Part shown: in pieces, positions 20,346 to 30,279 of the stretch
Layout of the letters: the number at the start of each line of letters is the position of its first letter
Position numbering within the stretch: the stretch's first letter is position 1
Translations under genes and position numbers: made by a program
The notes under the pieces: generated by a model
Database searches by the model: none
What the model was told of the DNA's origin: nothing
The model's input: the letters and a program-made list of their open reading frames with translations, nothing else
Source of the DNA: Candidatus Latescibacterota bacterium
GTDB lineage: Bacteria; Latescibacterota; UBA2968
Length of the DNA: 64,000 nucleotides
Direction of reading: 5' to 3'
Assembly (NCBI GenBank): GCA_965207885.1
Contig: OZ242311.1
Location: forward strand, 5,728,001 to 5,792,000

Positions 20346-22031
20346 ATGCAACACAAATTGGTCGCTGTAGTCGGCAACACACCGCAAGTTATGACAGAAA
20401 CGTTTTGGGCATTGTACGACGGCAAAGTGCCCATCGATGAAGTATATGTGATAACCACAACGGTAGGACAAAAAACCTGTCAGAAACGCCTTTTGGACGA
20501 AGGACGTTTTGAAAAGATGCTGTTGGATTACAATATCGCCCCTAACACCGTCGCATTCGGTCCCGATCATATCTATGTATTTGAAGACGCCGAAGGCAAT
20601 TTTTTAGACGATATTCGCACCTCAGAAGACAATCGCATTGCGCGAGATGGCATTTTTCAATTGATAGAAACACTGACGCATGACGATCAAGTGGCGTTGC
20701 ACTGCTCGCTTGCCGGTGGAAGAAAGTCTATGGGCTTTATACTGGGAGCAGCCATTCACTTTTTTGGGCGACCACAAGACCGACTTTATCACGTTCTGGT
20801 TTCTATGCCCGAGATTGAGAGAAGCGATGCATCCTATTATTATCCACCAGAGAAACCTGAACCGATTATGGTGTTTAATCGCAGTACAGGTCGAGAAGAA
20901 CCTCTAATTGTCAATGGTCAGAAAGTCATGAGCGATGCTGTGAGCATTGAGTTGGCGGACGTACCATTTTGTCGATTGCGCGATGTGGTGCAGTTTGTAG
21001 CACCCGGACAATACACCGAAGACACCCTGAGATTGACACAACAGGCAGTCAATGATTACGCAAAGCAGATGCGAGAGGCGTATATAGACCAGGTCGCATC
21101 GGGCGCAGAAGATGCGTTTCCAGAAATCATCGGTCAGAGTGACAGCATTCGGGATGTTAAGAATAGCATTAGACGATACGCGCCTTATAGTCATTCAGTA
21201 TTGATCACAGGTCCTACTGGATCTGGCAAAGACCTCGTTGCTGCTGCACTGCACAAAGCGAGTGATCGGACAGGGAAATATCGCCCAGAAAACTGCGCCA
21301 GATTGGGAGAATTGGCGGAAAGTCAATTGTTTGGTCATGAAAGGAATGCATTTACGGGCGCAAACAAGCAGTATCGAGGTTTGTTTGAACAAGCAAATAA
21401 TGGCACGCTCTTTCTCGATGAAATCAATTCGCTTCGCCCCGATATCCAAGGCATGCTTTTGCGGGTCATGGAAGATGGTGTGATAAGACGAATGGGTAGT
21501 GATAAAGCTATCCCGGTAAATGTGCGCCTTGTTGCCGCGACCAATGAAGATCTGGATACAGAGGAGAGCGGATTTCGAGGCGATCTTCTTGGCCGTTTTT
21601 CTTTAACCATTGCGTTGCCGCCGCTAAAAGACAGGCGGGAAGATATTCCATTACTTGTCCATCACTTTTTGAAAAGTTTTTCAGAAGAGTATGGAAAAAA
21701 TTTCGCGGGTTTTACGGAAGAAGCCATGCGCGCATTGCAGGCTTATGATTGGCCCTACAATGTCCGAGGGTTAAAGACTGCTATTGAACGGGCAGCTATT
21801 GTGACGCCAGAAGATCAATGGATTACGCCCGATGTGTTATTTGAGCAAAAGGATGCGGATATATTTCAGGGTTCGTTCGACGAGCAAGTGGCGCAATTAG
21901 AGAAAAAACTCATACAAGACGCGCTGGCGCAGAAGGGCAGTATTACACAAGCTGCTAAGATGTTAGGTATGGAGCGGTCAAAGCTGAGTAGAAGAGCTAA
22001 AAAATATGGCTTGACTGAGAAGGCGTCGTAA
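20346..22031 (+). CDS. CARF (NE0113/ring-nuclease-like) domain fused to sigma54-dependent AAA+ activator and Fis-type HTH
   Basis: N-terminal VGNTPQVMTET...DDIRT...SLAGGRKSMG...DRLYHVLV; then GPTGSGKD, ESQLFGHERNAFTGA, LFLDEI, AATN, WPYNVRGL and HTH ITQAAKMLGM. Alternative start at 20325. Confidence 0.88.
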   Translation: MQHKLVAVVGNTPQVMTETFWALYDGKVPIDEVYVITTTVGQKTCQKRLLDEGRFEKMLLDYNIAPNTVAFGPDHIYVFEDAEGNFLDDIRTSEDNRIARDGIFQLIETLTHDDQVALHCSLAGGRKSMGFILGAAIHFFGRPQDRLYHVLVSMPEIERSDASYYYPPEKPEPIMVFNRSTGREEPLIVNGQKVMSDAVSIELADVPFCRLRDVVQFVAPGQYTEDTLRLTQQAVNDYAKQMREAYIDQVASGAEDAFPEIIGQSDSIRDVKNSIRRYAPYSHSVLITGPTGSGKDLVAAALHKASDRTGKYRPENCARLGELAESQLFGHERNAFTGANKQYRGLFEQANNGTLFLDEINSLRPDIQGMLLRVMEDGVIRRMGSDKAIPVNVRLVAATNEDLDTEESGFRGDLLGRFSLTIALPPLKDRREDIPLLVHHFLKSFSEEYGKNFAGFTEEAMRALQAYDWPYNVRGLKTAIERAAIVTPEDQWITPDVLFEQKDADIFQGSFDEQVAQLEKKLIQDALAQKGSITQAAKMLGMERSKLSRRAKKYGLTEKAS

Positions 22032-22049
22032 GTATCACGGGTAAAAGGC

Positions 22050-22152
22050 GAGCAAAATTGCACATCGCGTGCAATTCTACACACTGGCCCGACATGCTGG
22101 TATGGTAGTGGTTTTCTCGTTTTTTATTTACCAAACGTGTGTATATTTGCAC
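22050..22152 (+). promoter_or_regulatory. three candidate enhancer (UAS) sites, GTGCA-N4-TGCAC-like, upstream of cas6
   Basis: GAGCAAAATTGCAC 22050-22063, GTGCAATTCTACAC 22069-22082, GTGTATATTTGCAC 22139-22152; the same motif occurs at 45361-45394. Confidence 0.65.
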
Positions 22153-22251
22153 GATTGAACATATCGTTGTCCATTTCCTGTTTGAAAAAAATATCACACA
22201 ACCTGTTGTTTTTTTTGATCTCTGAGGAAATTCGGAGATTTTTTTTGTGTT

Positions 22252-22267
22252 TGGCACGCGATTTGCA
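22252..22267 (+). promoter_or_regulatory. sigma54 -24/-12 promoter of the cas6-interference operon
   Basis: TGGCACGCGATTTGCA matches TGGCACG-N4-TTGCW exactly, about 50 bp upstream of cas6. Confidence 0.85.
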
Positions 22268-22314
22268 GATACAATGAGAGCTATCGCAAAATTCCAGATA
22301 CAAAGGAGATACTG

Positions 22315-23286
22315 ATGTTTACACTCGAATTCGCGTATATGCGCCTGCATTTCAAGGCGCGAGAGCATTTGCGCCTGCCACCCTATAAAGGCTCCACATT
22401 TCGCGGGGCTTTTGGCGTGGCATTTAAGCGTGCGGTTTGTATTGTGCAACACGGCGAGTGCGAACGGTGCCTGGTTCGGACCCAGTGCGTGTATCCATAC
22501 ATATTTGACACACCTGTAGATAATGCACAGGGCATCTTCCGCGGGTATAGCGAGGCACCCCATCCCTATCTGATCGAACCCCCACTGGAGACCAAAACCG
22601 ATTACACACCGGGCGACGACTTTGCCATTGGTCTGACCCTGATAGGCCGGGTACTGAATTACATGCCCTATTTCATCTATACATTCCAGCGAATGGGAGA
22701 CACAGGTATTGGACGAGGACGCGGCAAATGCGATCTCATTTCAGGCGAAGCACTGCACGCGGATGGAACCTGGCAGGCGGTGTACGACGGAGCGAGCGAA
22801 GTGTTGCAACAAGATGTACCCCATCTGACCGCGCAAGATCTGATACACAACGAAATAGGATCTCGGATTCGCCTCTCATTTGTAACGCCCACACAACTCA
22901 AAGCAGACCGGATATTGCAGCGCGGATTGGATTTTTCCGTGCTCATACGCGGGCTATTGCGGCGGTATTCGGCATTGGCCGCATTTCACGCAGACGGACC
23001 GCCAGATATAAATTATGCCGACTACATCGCGGCGGCAGAGAATATTCAAACCACATCCCACAACTTGACCTGGCGCACATGGCAACGGTATTCAAACCGC
23101 CAGAACCGACGCATGAGCGTGAGTGGTTTTACGGGAGATGTGGTCTTTGAAGGCGACATGACACAATTCCACCCCCTGCTGGCTCTGGGTGTGCCGATGC
23201 ACGTTGGCAAATGGACCAGCTTTGGGATGGGACAATACAAGTTTTATCAATCCACAATCAACCGAATGGATGAACAACATGGGTAA
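22315..23286 (+). CDS. cas6: CRISPR pre-crRNA endoribonuclease Cas6
   Basis: GSTFRGAFG, CxxC region, C-terminal G-loop HVGKWTSFGMG. Confidence 0.9.
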   Translation: MFTLEFAYMRLHFKAREHLRLPPYKGSTFRGAFGVAFKRAVCIVQHGECERCLVRTQCVYPYIFDTPVDNAQGIFRGYSEAPHPYLIEPPLETKTDYTPGDDFAIGLTLIGRVLNYMPYFIYTFQRMGDTGIGRGRGKCDLISGEALHADGTWQAVYDGASEVLQQDVPHLTAQDLIHNEIGSRIRLSFVTPTQLKADRILQRGLDFSVLIRGLLRRYSALAAFHADGPPDINYADYIAAAENIQTTSHNLTWRTWQRYSNRQNRRMSVSGFTGDVVFEGDMTQFHPLLALGVPMHVGKWTSFGMGQYKFYQSTINRMDEQHG

Positions 23287-23629
23287 TCAAGCCAATCAAG
23301 GGTACGATAAATATTATTCTGAAGACAGCTTCTGGAAGAAGTTGCTCAACTTTGCACGCACCGCGGGCCGGGAAGTCGTCGAGAATGCTCTGTCGCTCTA
23401 CTACACTGCCCAGGCACCTGACACACCAACCTGGGCCAAAACGGTCATCACCGGGGCACTGGGGTACTTTATTCTTCCGGCCGATGCAATTCCCGACCTG
23501 ATTCCTGCTGTCGGTTACGGCGATGATCTGGGTGCGCTGGTCGCGGCACTTGCAGCCGTGGCGGCTCATGTGACACCTGAGATCAAAGCCCGCGCAAAAG
23601 AAAAAGCAGCCGAGTGGTTTGGTGAATAA
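23279..23629 (+). CDS. YkvA/DUF1232 family membrane protein
   Basis: ALGYFILPADAIPDLIPAVGYGDD signature. Confidence 0.85.
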   Translation: MGNQANQGYDKYYSEDSFWKKLLNFARTAGREVVENALSLYYTAQAPDTPTWAKTVITGALGYFILPADAIPDLIPAVGYGDDLGALVAALAAVAAHVTPEIKARAKEKAAEWFGE

Positions 23630-23648
23630 ATGGTATAGGAGATGTATC

Positions 23649-24788
23649 ATGCGCTTTGTTCTATCAACCATTGGTACAAGCATCTTGACAAATTTCATCG
23701 ATAAAACAAATTTTGGTGAAGCTAAATGGCAGGGTATGCTACGGGATTCGGCGAATCTCAAACCAGATGAATTATCGCATGAAACTACAGAAGTGATTGA
23801 AACACTCGTTGACCGGGCATTGACGCAACTCCTAAGAGATGATGTAGCTACCAATCGCCGGATTAGTGCCGAATTGAACGGTATCTATGGTATTTATGAA
23901 GGTCAATTGCCTCATAACAGTCGAGACCAGCACTATCTCATCTGCACTGACACTGCCCAGGGACAGAAGACGGGCAAACTGATTCAGGATTTTCTTGAAA
24001 ATAAAGGGTTTGTCGCAGGTATTGTTACGCCTGATAGACTTTCAACACAAGGCCCGGAATCTTTCACCACAGGTACAAAAGACCTTATCCGCTGGCTGGA
24101 GGAAAACGTGCCGTGGCGACGCGATGTGGGCTATCGCGTAATCTTCAATCTCGTTGGTGGCTTCAAAAGCCTACAAGGTTATATGAATACTTTCGGTGCT
24201 TTTTACGCCGATGAGGTCATTTATATATTTGAGGCACCAACTGCTGACTTAATCAAAATTCCGCGTCTGCCAATTCAGATTGATACAACCGTGATTCAAA
24301 ACCATCGGGTGCAATTTGCGATGATGGATGCTGAAAAACTGTATCCTGTTGAGGAACTCGAGGGGATTCCAGAAACACTGCTTGAATTTATAGAAGAGAA
24401 AGGCCAGACTTATGCGGGATTATCGGCGTGGGGCCAGTTGATCTGGAACCTCACGAAATCGGATTTATTGACAAAAAAACTATTGCATTTTCCACGATTG
24501 GGATATGGAAAAACTTTCAGGGATGACTTCGACAATCAGAATGATTCCAGGAAACGTCTTAAACTGCAAGAAACCCTGGCAAGGGTCTCATATCTACTTG
24601 AACAGAACAATGGCAACCGGGCACTGCTTATGCGAGATGGTGGACTGCAATTTGAAAAATTTACCAATAGAGAGAGTATTTACAAATTCCGCATTGATCG
24701 CACTATCCGCGTCAGTTGCTCGGTTTCTGAAGGTGGATTGATCCTTCGGCACTATGGACATAAAAATGTCGTGTACGAAAATCCATAA
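23649..24788 (+). CDS. CARF (APE2256-like) + RelE-like effector, Cami1-like mRNA interferase
   Basis: STIGTS, SAELNG, TDT..G and NLVGGFKS CARF motifs; C-terminal YKFRIDRTIRV...RHYGH resembles RelE. Confidence 0.7.
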   Translation: MRFVLSTIGTSILTNFIDKTNFGEAKWQGMLRDSANLKPDELSHETTEVIETLVDRALTQLLRDDVATNRRISAELNGIYGIYEGQLPHNSRDQHYLICTDTAQGQKTGKLIQDFLENKGFVAGIVTPDRLSTQGPESFTTGTKDLIRWLEENVPWRRDVGYRVIFNLVGGFKSLQGYMNTFGAFYADEVIYIFEAPTADLIKIPRLPIQIDTTVIQNHRVQFAMMDAEKLYPVEELEGIPETLLEFIEEKGQTYAGLSAWGQLIWNLTKSDLLTKKLLHFPRLGYGKTFRDDFDNQNDSRKRLKLQETLARVSYLLEQNNGNRALLMRDGGLQFEKFTNRESIYKFRIDRTIRVSCSVSEGGLILRHYGHKNVVYENP

Positions 24789-24863
24789 AAAGGATAGAAA
24801 GACAATGGATTACCTACACATTATCATATTCTTATCGCTATATACAAAGGAGGTCTTCGCATC

Positions 24864-26483
24864 ATGGCCTGCGAATCGTTTGTCATCGTAATTGATACCC
24901 CTTCTATCAAGAGGTATGTATTTGGAACCGACCCCTTAAATGAGATACGAGGTGCGAGCGCACGTTTAGATTGGCTAAATCGAATCAAAATGGAAGAACT
25001 TTTGTGTGAACACCTCAGTAAGGCAGATGTAAAATCGATTTACGCCAATGGTGGTTCGGCACAGTTTTTAGTTCATGAGAGTGACAACCTCACTGTGAAT
25101 ATGGCCTGTACAAATATGGTTCGGTATATCCGCAATCAAACGGGTGGCGAAGTCCGGGCAGTTTATGGTATCGCACCGCTCAAAGACGAAGCTTCCTATC
25201 AAGAGGCGGTGCATAGGGCACATTTTCAGTTGCGCTGTCAACGCGAATTTGGGACCAGCTACCGCAGTGCGTCTTTAATACCGACCATGATGGAATGTCA
25301 ATCAGCCTCGCATCTGCCCGCGGCTCATATTGTGAATCGAGGCGCAGATGGTATAGGCATGTTATCTAAGGCGAGTTACCAAAAGGAACTGCGGGGGCAT
25401 GAAGCCCGCCGTCATGGACTCTGGGACGGATGGATGGATCACTTGAAAACCACGGGACCGTGGCCAGGAGAGGAGCAGTGGAATAAACTGCGGTGTAAGA
25501 GCATGACAGATATAGGTGACCACTCGTCATGGCGCAACTACATTGGCGTGGTTTATGCCGATGGAAATGCCATGGGACAAATTGTCCAAGCACTCAATCA
25601 TCCAGAGACATTCCGCCAATTTAGCGAAATTGTTGATAATAGCATTCGACAATCATGTTTCACCGCACTCAGCCAAATTTTCCAGACTGAAATCGAAAAC
25701 ATTCGGGAGGCTTTTGAACAAAACCGCCGCTTTGAACACCTTGCCGCCGATATTCTGCTCTTGGGAGGAGATGATTTGCTGGTGGCCGTACCAGCTAACT
25801 CTGCACTCGATTTCGCCTTGAAGGTCACAGAAGAATTTGAACGCTTGACACAAGAGAAAATTGCTGCCCTGAAAGACGCAGAATCTCGGCAGTTCTTCCG
25901 CGACCGACTTGGGGATCGGGGTTTCACAATTTCTTGCGGTGTTGCCATAGCAAAAAGCAACTATCCCTTTTACCTGTCATTGGATCTGGCCGAGCAATTG
26001 TTGAAAAATGCCAAACGGAAAGACAGCTATGGGGCACAACTCGAAACACCCGGTGAAGCTCGCATTGACTTTCATGTTGTGACTGGTGCGAATAGCCATG
26101 CCCTCAAAGAGGTTCGTGAAGAAACCTATCAGATAGCAAGCAATGCACGCCGCACGCTCAGACCCTTGTCTTGCCCCCAGTTGGAATTACTGCACAACAG
26201 TGTACAGAAACTACGCAACGTGAAATTTCCACATAGCAAATTGCACGAACTTCGAGAAGCAGCACTGGCAAAAACGGAGAATCAAGCCGACTGGCGCATT
26301 CGCGACATTTTCGTCCGGTGTCGGCATGATCGAAATAGCTCTGAACGTCGTGCATTGTGGCAAGCGGTGCATAACCTGTGCCCCCAGGGATATACGTTTG
26401 ATTTTCCCTGGTTCATAAAAAATGGCCAACGCCTTCTGTGTGTAGCGGACATAGTGGATATTTACAACTTATTCCGAAAATAG
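24864..26483 (+). CDS. cas10: Cas10, short HD-less form with intact cyclase motif
   Basis: IDTPSIKRYVF...IRGAS, YADGNAMG, LGGDDL, AEQLLKNAK. Confidence 0.9.
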   Translation: MACESFVIVIDTPSIKRYVFGTDPLNEIRGASARLDWLNRIKMEELLCEHLSKADVKSIYANGGSAQFLVHESDNLTVNMACTNMVRYIRNQTGGEVRAVYGIAPLKDEASYQEAVHRAHFQLRCQREFGTSYRSASLIPTMMECQSASHLPAAHIVNRGADGIGMLSKASYQKELRGHEARRHGLWDGWMDHLKTTGPWPGEEQWNKLRCKSMTDIGDHSSWRNYIGVVYADGNAMGQIVQALNHPETFRQFSEIVDNSIRQSCFTALSQIFQTEIENIREAFEQNRRFEHLAADILLLGGDDLLVAVPANSALDFALKVTEEFERLTQEKIAALKDAESRQFFRDRLGDRGFTISCGVAIAKSNYPFYLSLDLAEQLLKNAKRKDSYGAQLETPGEARIDFHVVTGANSHALKEVREETYQIASNARRTLRPLSCPQLELLHNSVQKLRNVKFPHSKLHELREAALAKTENQADWRIRDIFVRCRHDRNSSERRALWQAVHNLCPQGYTFDFPWFIKNGQRLLCVADIVDIYNLFRK

Positions 26484-26497
26484 AGAGGAGTTTACCC

Positions 26498-27235
26498 ATG
26501 AAATCCCAACGCCTAAATTTGTGCTACCACATTATTTGGCAAGGACGCTGGCATGTTGGCAGCGGCTATCAGTCGGCAGTGGCGGACCGCTTGTTGCGAC
26601 GACTACCCAATAATGCACCATTTGTTCCTGGCTCTCAGATCAAAGGTGTTCTGCGCCATCAATGCGAGCGGTTGGCACTGGCCCTTGATCTCAAAGTGAT
26701 CAATCCCCATGCTGGCATTGAAGAAGACGAACAAAATCTGATCAAGCATTTTACGCCGTTAAAAAAATCGGACCTGATGGTCGATAGGTTATTTGGCAGT
26801 CGCTATCAGGGAGAGTGCCTATTTGTGACGAATGCGGTGCCGATGTCGTCTGCAGAGAAAAGTATGACTTCCGTACAGGCACGCACAGCCATTGATCGCG
26901 TCACGGGGACTGTGATGGAACAACACTTGTTTACAACTGAATTGACAGAGGGTGATGTCAACTTGCGAGGAAAAATACGCGCACGGCATCCTGCTGGTGT
27001 TCTGACACAAGATGAAGATGGCTTTCCTTGGGAGTATGCCCTTTTGATAGCAACCCTGCTGTCGCTGGATGCTCTCGGCGGCGATAAGAGTCTTGGCCTC
27101 GGGCGGTGTGAGGTCCAAATCGAACCAGAGTCGTTGTATTGGAACGACCAACGCATTTCGTTAGATGAAGCTCTTCAAAGTTTTCAAGAGGAAGACTGGG
27201 GCGAGTGGGTAGATATTTTGCGTGAGGAGTCATGA
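26498..27235 (+). CDS. Cas7-group RAMP (Csm3-like)
   Basis: WHVGSG, PGSQIKGVLR, TAIDR, GGDKSLGLG. Confidence 0.88.
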   Translation: MKSQRLNLCYHIIWQGRWHVGSGYQSAVADRLLRRLPNNAPFVPGSQIKGVLRHQCERLALALDLKVINPHAGIEEDEQNLIKHFTPLKKSDLMVDRLFGSRYQGECLFVTNAVPMSSAEKSMTSVQARTAIDRVTGTVMEQHLFTTELTEGDVNLRGKIRARHPAGVLTQDEDGFPWEYALLIATLLSLDALGGDKSLGLGRCEVQIEPESLYWNDQRISLDEALQSFQEEDWGEWVDILREES

Positions 27236-28482
27236 TGAGAAAAAAAATACCTTTGACAGCACAATTACTTGCGCCAGTAGCTATCAAACGCGATCGACAA
27301 TCCGAACGTTCTGGAGGCGTGCATTCTATGGCTGGTACGATGGTTCGCGGTGCCCTAGCTGCTCTCTATTTACAGCATCATGGAGAAGTAGATGATACCT
27401 TCAATCATTTGTTCTTAGATGAGAATTCATGTCGATTTGGACCATTGGACCCCGGTCCGCGCTGCTTCCCATTAACTACCGCGGAGTGCAAACGGGAAGG
27501 AATAAAACATGCCCTCGTGGACCAACTGTGGTTTCGGATCGCCCAACACTACCTGACTGGCAGTGTGCCAGATAATGCCGAAACGCCCTGGCGTCAATGT
27601 GACATATGTAAAGCCGACTTGAAGAACCTGAACGGCTTTTGGGAAAAAGAAAACGGTCGTCTGCAGGAAAAAAGTAATGAGCGGCAACAGGTCGCCGCCC
27701 ATGTTGGCATTGACCGTCACACCACCACCGCGGCGGAATCAATATTGTACACCCTTGAAGCCTTACAGCCTTCCGGTCAAGAGGAAGACCTGTACGGCTG
27801 GCTCATGGCTGACGACGATGCGCTTACTGCCTTGAAACAACTCTTGCAGAATGAAGATTACCGCATCTCGGTGGGCCACCATCGCACGCGCGGTTACGGA
27901 GATCTGCGCTTACAGTTGGGCAATCCTGTGGAGAAGAATGATTCACAGCCGCGCATAGAAGATTGGGAACAATGGAGCCGCGATCTGATTGCGTTTCTGA
28001 GTTCACCGCCGCTTTCCATTCCCGATCTCGATCCAGATGATTTTTACTTTAGTTTGTCGTTTCCCACTGGCGCAGTGTTTGTGGACCGCTTTCTGTGTTA
28101 TACTCTCGATCCAGCAGACCTGATTTCATGGTTGTCGCCTATGCCTTCTGCAGATGCCGCGTTTCCAATTCAGAATCGTCCGACCCGACAACTCGCATCA
28201 GGGGGCACAATGTGCTGGATCGCTGCCGTAACCCGACATGAGCGTTTGCGCGGCTGGAATGCAGCTCACGGCTTGCCGCGTCAGGATGAATGGGCCGTAG
28301 TACGAGGGTCAGTCTATGTTTACCGCTTTACAGGCACGGCCACAGAACGCGAGACACTCATTGAACAACTTGCAACCTTGTCCGAAGAAGGCGTCGGTCT
28401 GCGGCGCAATGAAGGCTTTGGCATGGTGATCGTGTCCGATGATTTCCATCGCCAATTTTGCAAACAGGAGGTGCAATCGTGA
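27232..28482 (+). CDS. Cas5-group RAMP (Csx10-like)
   Basis: GTMVRGALA, VGIDR, HRTRGYG, GLRRNEGFG. Confidence 0.8.
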   Translation: MMRKKIPLTAQLLAPVAIKRDRQSERSGGVHSMAGTMVRGALAALYLQHHGEVDDTFNHLFLDENSCRFGPLDPGPRCFPLTTAECKREGIKHALVDQLWFRIAQHYLTGSVPDNAETPWRQCDICKADLKNLNGFWEKENGRLQEKSNERQQVAAHVGIDRHTTTAAESILYTLEALQPSGQEEDLYGWLMADDDALTALKQLLQNEDYRISVGHHRTRGYGDLRLQLGNPVEKNDSQPRIEDWEQWSRDLIAFLSSPPLSIPDLDPDDFYFSLSFPTGAVFVDRFLCYTLDPADLISWLSPMPSADAAFPIQNRPTRQLASGGTMCWIAAVTRHERLRGWNAAHGLPRQDEWAVVRGSVYVYRFTGTATERETLIEQLATLSEEGVGLRRNEGFGMVIVSDDFHRQFCKQEVQS

Positions 28483-28904
28483 TCGTCTTGAACACCGGTT
28501 TGATCCAAAAAGTTGATCTCTACATTGACGAGAACCATAAAACATTTTCAGAACTGGGAGATCGTTTCTTTGACGTATTTAGCTATGACAAACGGAATGA
28601 TCGCATTAATACGCAAATCCGGAATCTGCAACAAATTACCTGCTCCGCTACGCGCTTTGCGGATATCGAAGATTTTGTAAAAAACCAAATGGGAAAAGAA
28701 GAAACTAAAGACCCCAAATGGAAGAAAGTGGGAGACAGCACCTTAAAAAAATTAAAGGAGTTGCGCGACAAAAGCCAGGAATTTGATTCCGATCCCGCTA
28801 ACCAGATGGCACTGCGTCTCCGTCTCGCTCGTGGTTGGGTGCGTGCCGTAGTCAGTCAGTATCTCTATCGCGTTGCATGCGATCAAATGGGAGAGAGGCC
28901 ATGA
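28479..28904 (+). CDS. small helical subunit (Cas11/Csm2-like)
   Basis: Size, position, TQIRNL...FVKNQMGK pattern. Confidence 0.55.
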   Translation: MIVLNTGLIQKVDLYIDENHKTFSELGDRFFDVFSYDKRNDRINTQIRNLQQITCSATRFADIEDFVKNQMGKEETKDPKWKKVGDSTLKKLKELRDKSQEFDSDPANQMALRLRLARGWVRAVVSQYLYRVACDQMGERP

Positions 28905-29422
28905 CATGCGTTGATTTACTATCTGATACCACCTACTGTGAACAGGCTGTTCAACAACTGGATCGACTATTGGGTGACATGAATCAATTCCCCGTAAAGC
29001 GCACGCAGATCTACGGCCTGCGACAAATCGCCCAGCAACAGCCCAGAGAAATTCAAGGATTTGCCAATCATCAGCGCGAGCGTGCCCAGCGCAAGCAGGA
29101 AAACGCCTCCGAAAACACCAAACCGAGATACCAGCCTGAAATCGATTTCTGGGCTCTGGTGGCCGATTTGTGCAGCAATTCGAGTTCTAATTGGTCTGTG
29201 GAAGAGGAAGGACACACCCATCTTCCTGAAGAACTACAAAATATTCCGGCAAGGCGGAAAGGCATGTCACATGAGGAACAACGGTATTTAAACGAACTCA
29301 AGAGGCATCGAAGGGAATTACTCGAACAATGGACAAACGAGCATATTCCAGCGTTTTTTGAACGGTTTTGTACACACGCTTTATACCGCTTGGGAAAGCA
29401 AAAAAACTCGAAAAAGGAGTAA
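28901..29422 (+). CDS. second small helical protein (Cas11-like or ancillary)
   Basis: Overlapping stop/start within the operon; RTQIYGL...FANHQRER pattern. Confidence 0.5.
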   Translation: MTCVDLLSDTTYCEQAVQQLDRLLGDMNQFPVKRTQIYGLRQIAQQQPREIQGFANHQRERAQRKQENASENTKPRYQPEIDFWALVADLCSNSSSNWSVEEEGHTHLPEELQNIPARRKGMSHEEQRYLNELKRHRRELLEQWTNEHIPAFFERFCTHALYRLGKQKNSKKE

Positions 29423-29425
29423 AAC

Positions 29426-30277
29426 ATGACGAATGACGATGCATTGGCTGCCAGTTTTGGATTGAGACAAAAGATCCGACTTACTGCATCTCTTGTGTTT
29501 GATACTGCATGGCGCATTGGATCTGGTAAAGAGGGCGAAACCATGAGTGATTTGGGTGTGGTGCTTGATCCTATAGGTCAACCGGTGCTTCCAGGTTCCT
29601 CTCTCAAGGGAAAATTGCGAAGCACCTGTGAAACTCTGTCACATGCGCTTGGGTTGAGAGCCTGCATGTTGAATCACAACGCAAGCGGTGTCAAATGCAC
29701 AAGTGATGTGAACTATTATCGCACTGTTCGTGAAACATATCAGGAAGCATTGCAAAAGGGGTTACAGGATCGCCTGCAATGGATTGAAGAGAACACCTGC
29801 GACGTGTGTAAATTATTCGGATCACCAATGCAGGCAAGCCGGCTTTGTATAAGCGATGGCCTGCTTAAAGAATGGGCCTCTATTGTGCAAGTACGCGATG
29901 GCGTCGTGATTGACCGCGATAGCCAGACAGCTGTCAATGGTCTTAAATACGACTATGAAGTTGTTCCGCCCGGTAGCCGATTTAAAATTTGTATTGATCT
30001 CGAAAACCCAACTGACCAGGATGTGGCCTTACTCGGTGCCGCTTTATTTGAATGGCACTCTGGTAGCAGTATTGGAGGTTTTACAAGCCGTGGACTTGGA
30101 CGCTTTCATCTGGAGGATATTCAGCTTGTCGGTGTTGACATGGCCGACAGTGAGCAACGCATGAAGTTCCTGACCGGGAAAAAGGCTAAAGATCGTCTTT
30201 CTGATTGGGACAGTTGGGATATCTACTTCACCAGGTACATCAAACAGCAATTAGAACCTGATACTCAGGAGGATTAA
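29426..30277 (+). CDS. Cas7-group RAMP (Csx7-like)
   Basis: RIGSG, PGSSLKGKLRS, CDVCKLFGS, RDGVVIDR, GGFTSRGLG. Confidence 0.88.
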   Translation: MTNDDALAASFGLRQKIRLTASLVFDTAWRIGSGKEGETMSDLGVVLDPIGQPVLPGSSLKGKLRSTCETLSHALGLRACMLNHNASGVKCTSDVNYYRTVRETYQEALQKGLQDRLQWIEENTCDVCKLFGSPMQASRLCISDGLLKEWASIVQVRDGVVIDRDSQTAVNGLKYDYEVVPPGSRFKICIDLENPTDQDVALLGAALFEWHSGSSIGGFTSRGLGRFHLEDIQLVGVDMADSEQRMKFLTGKKAKDRLSDWDSWDIYFTRYIKQQLEPDTQED

Positions 30278-30279
30278 CC

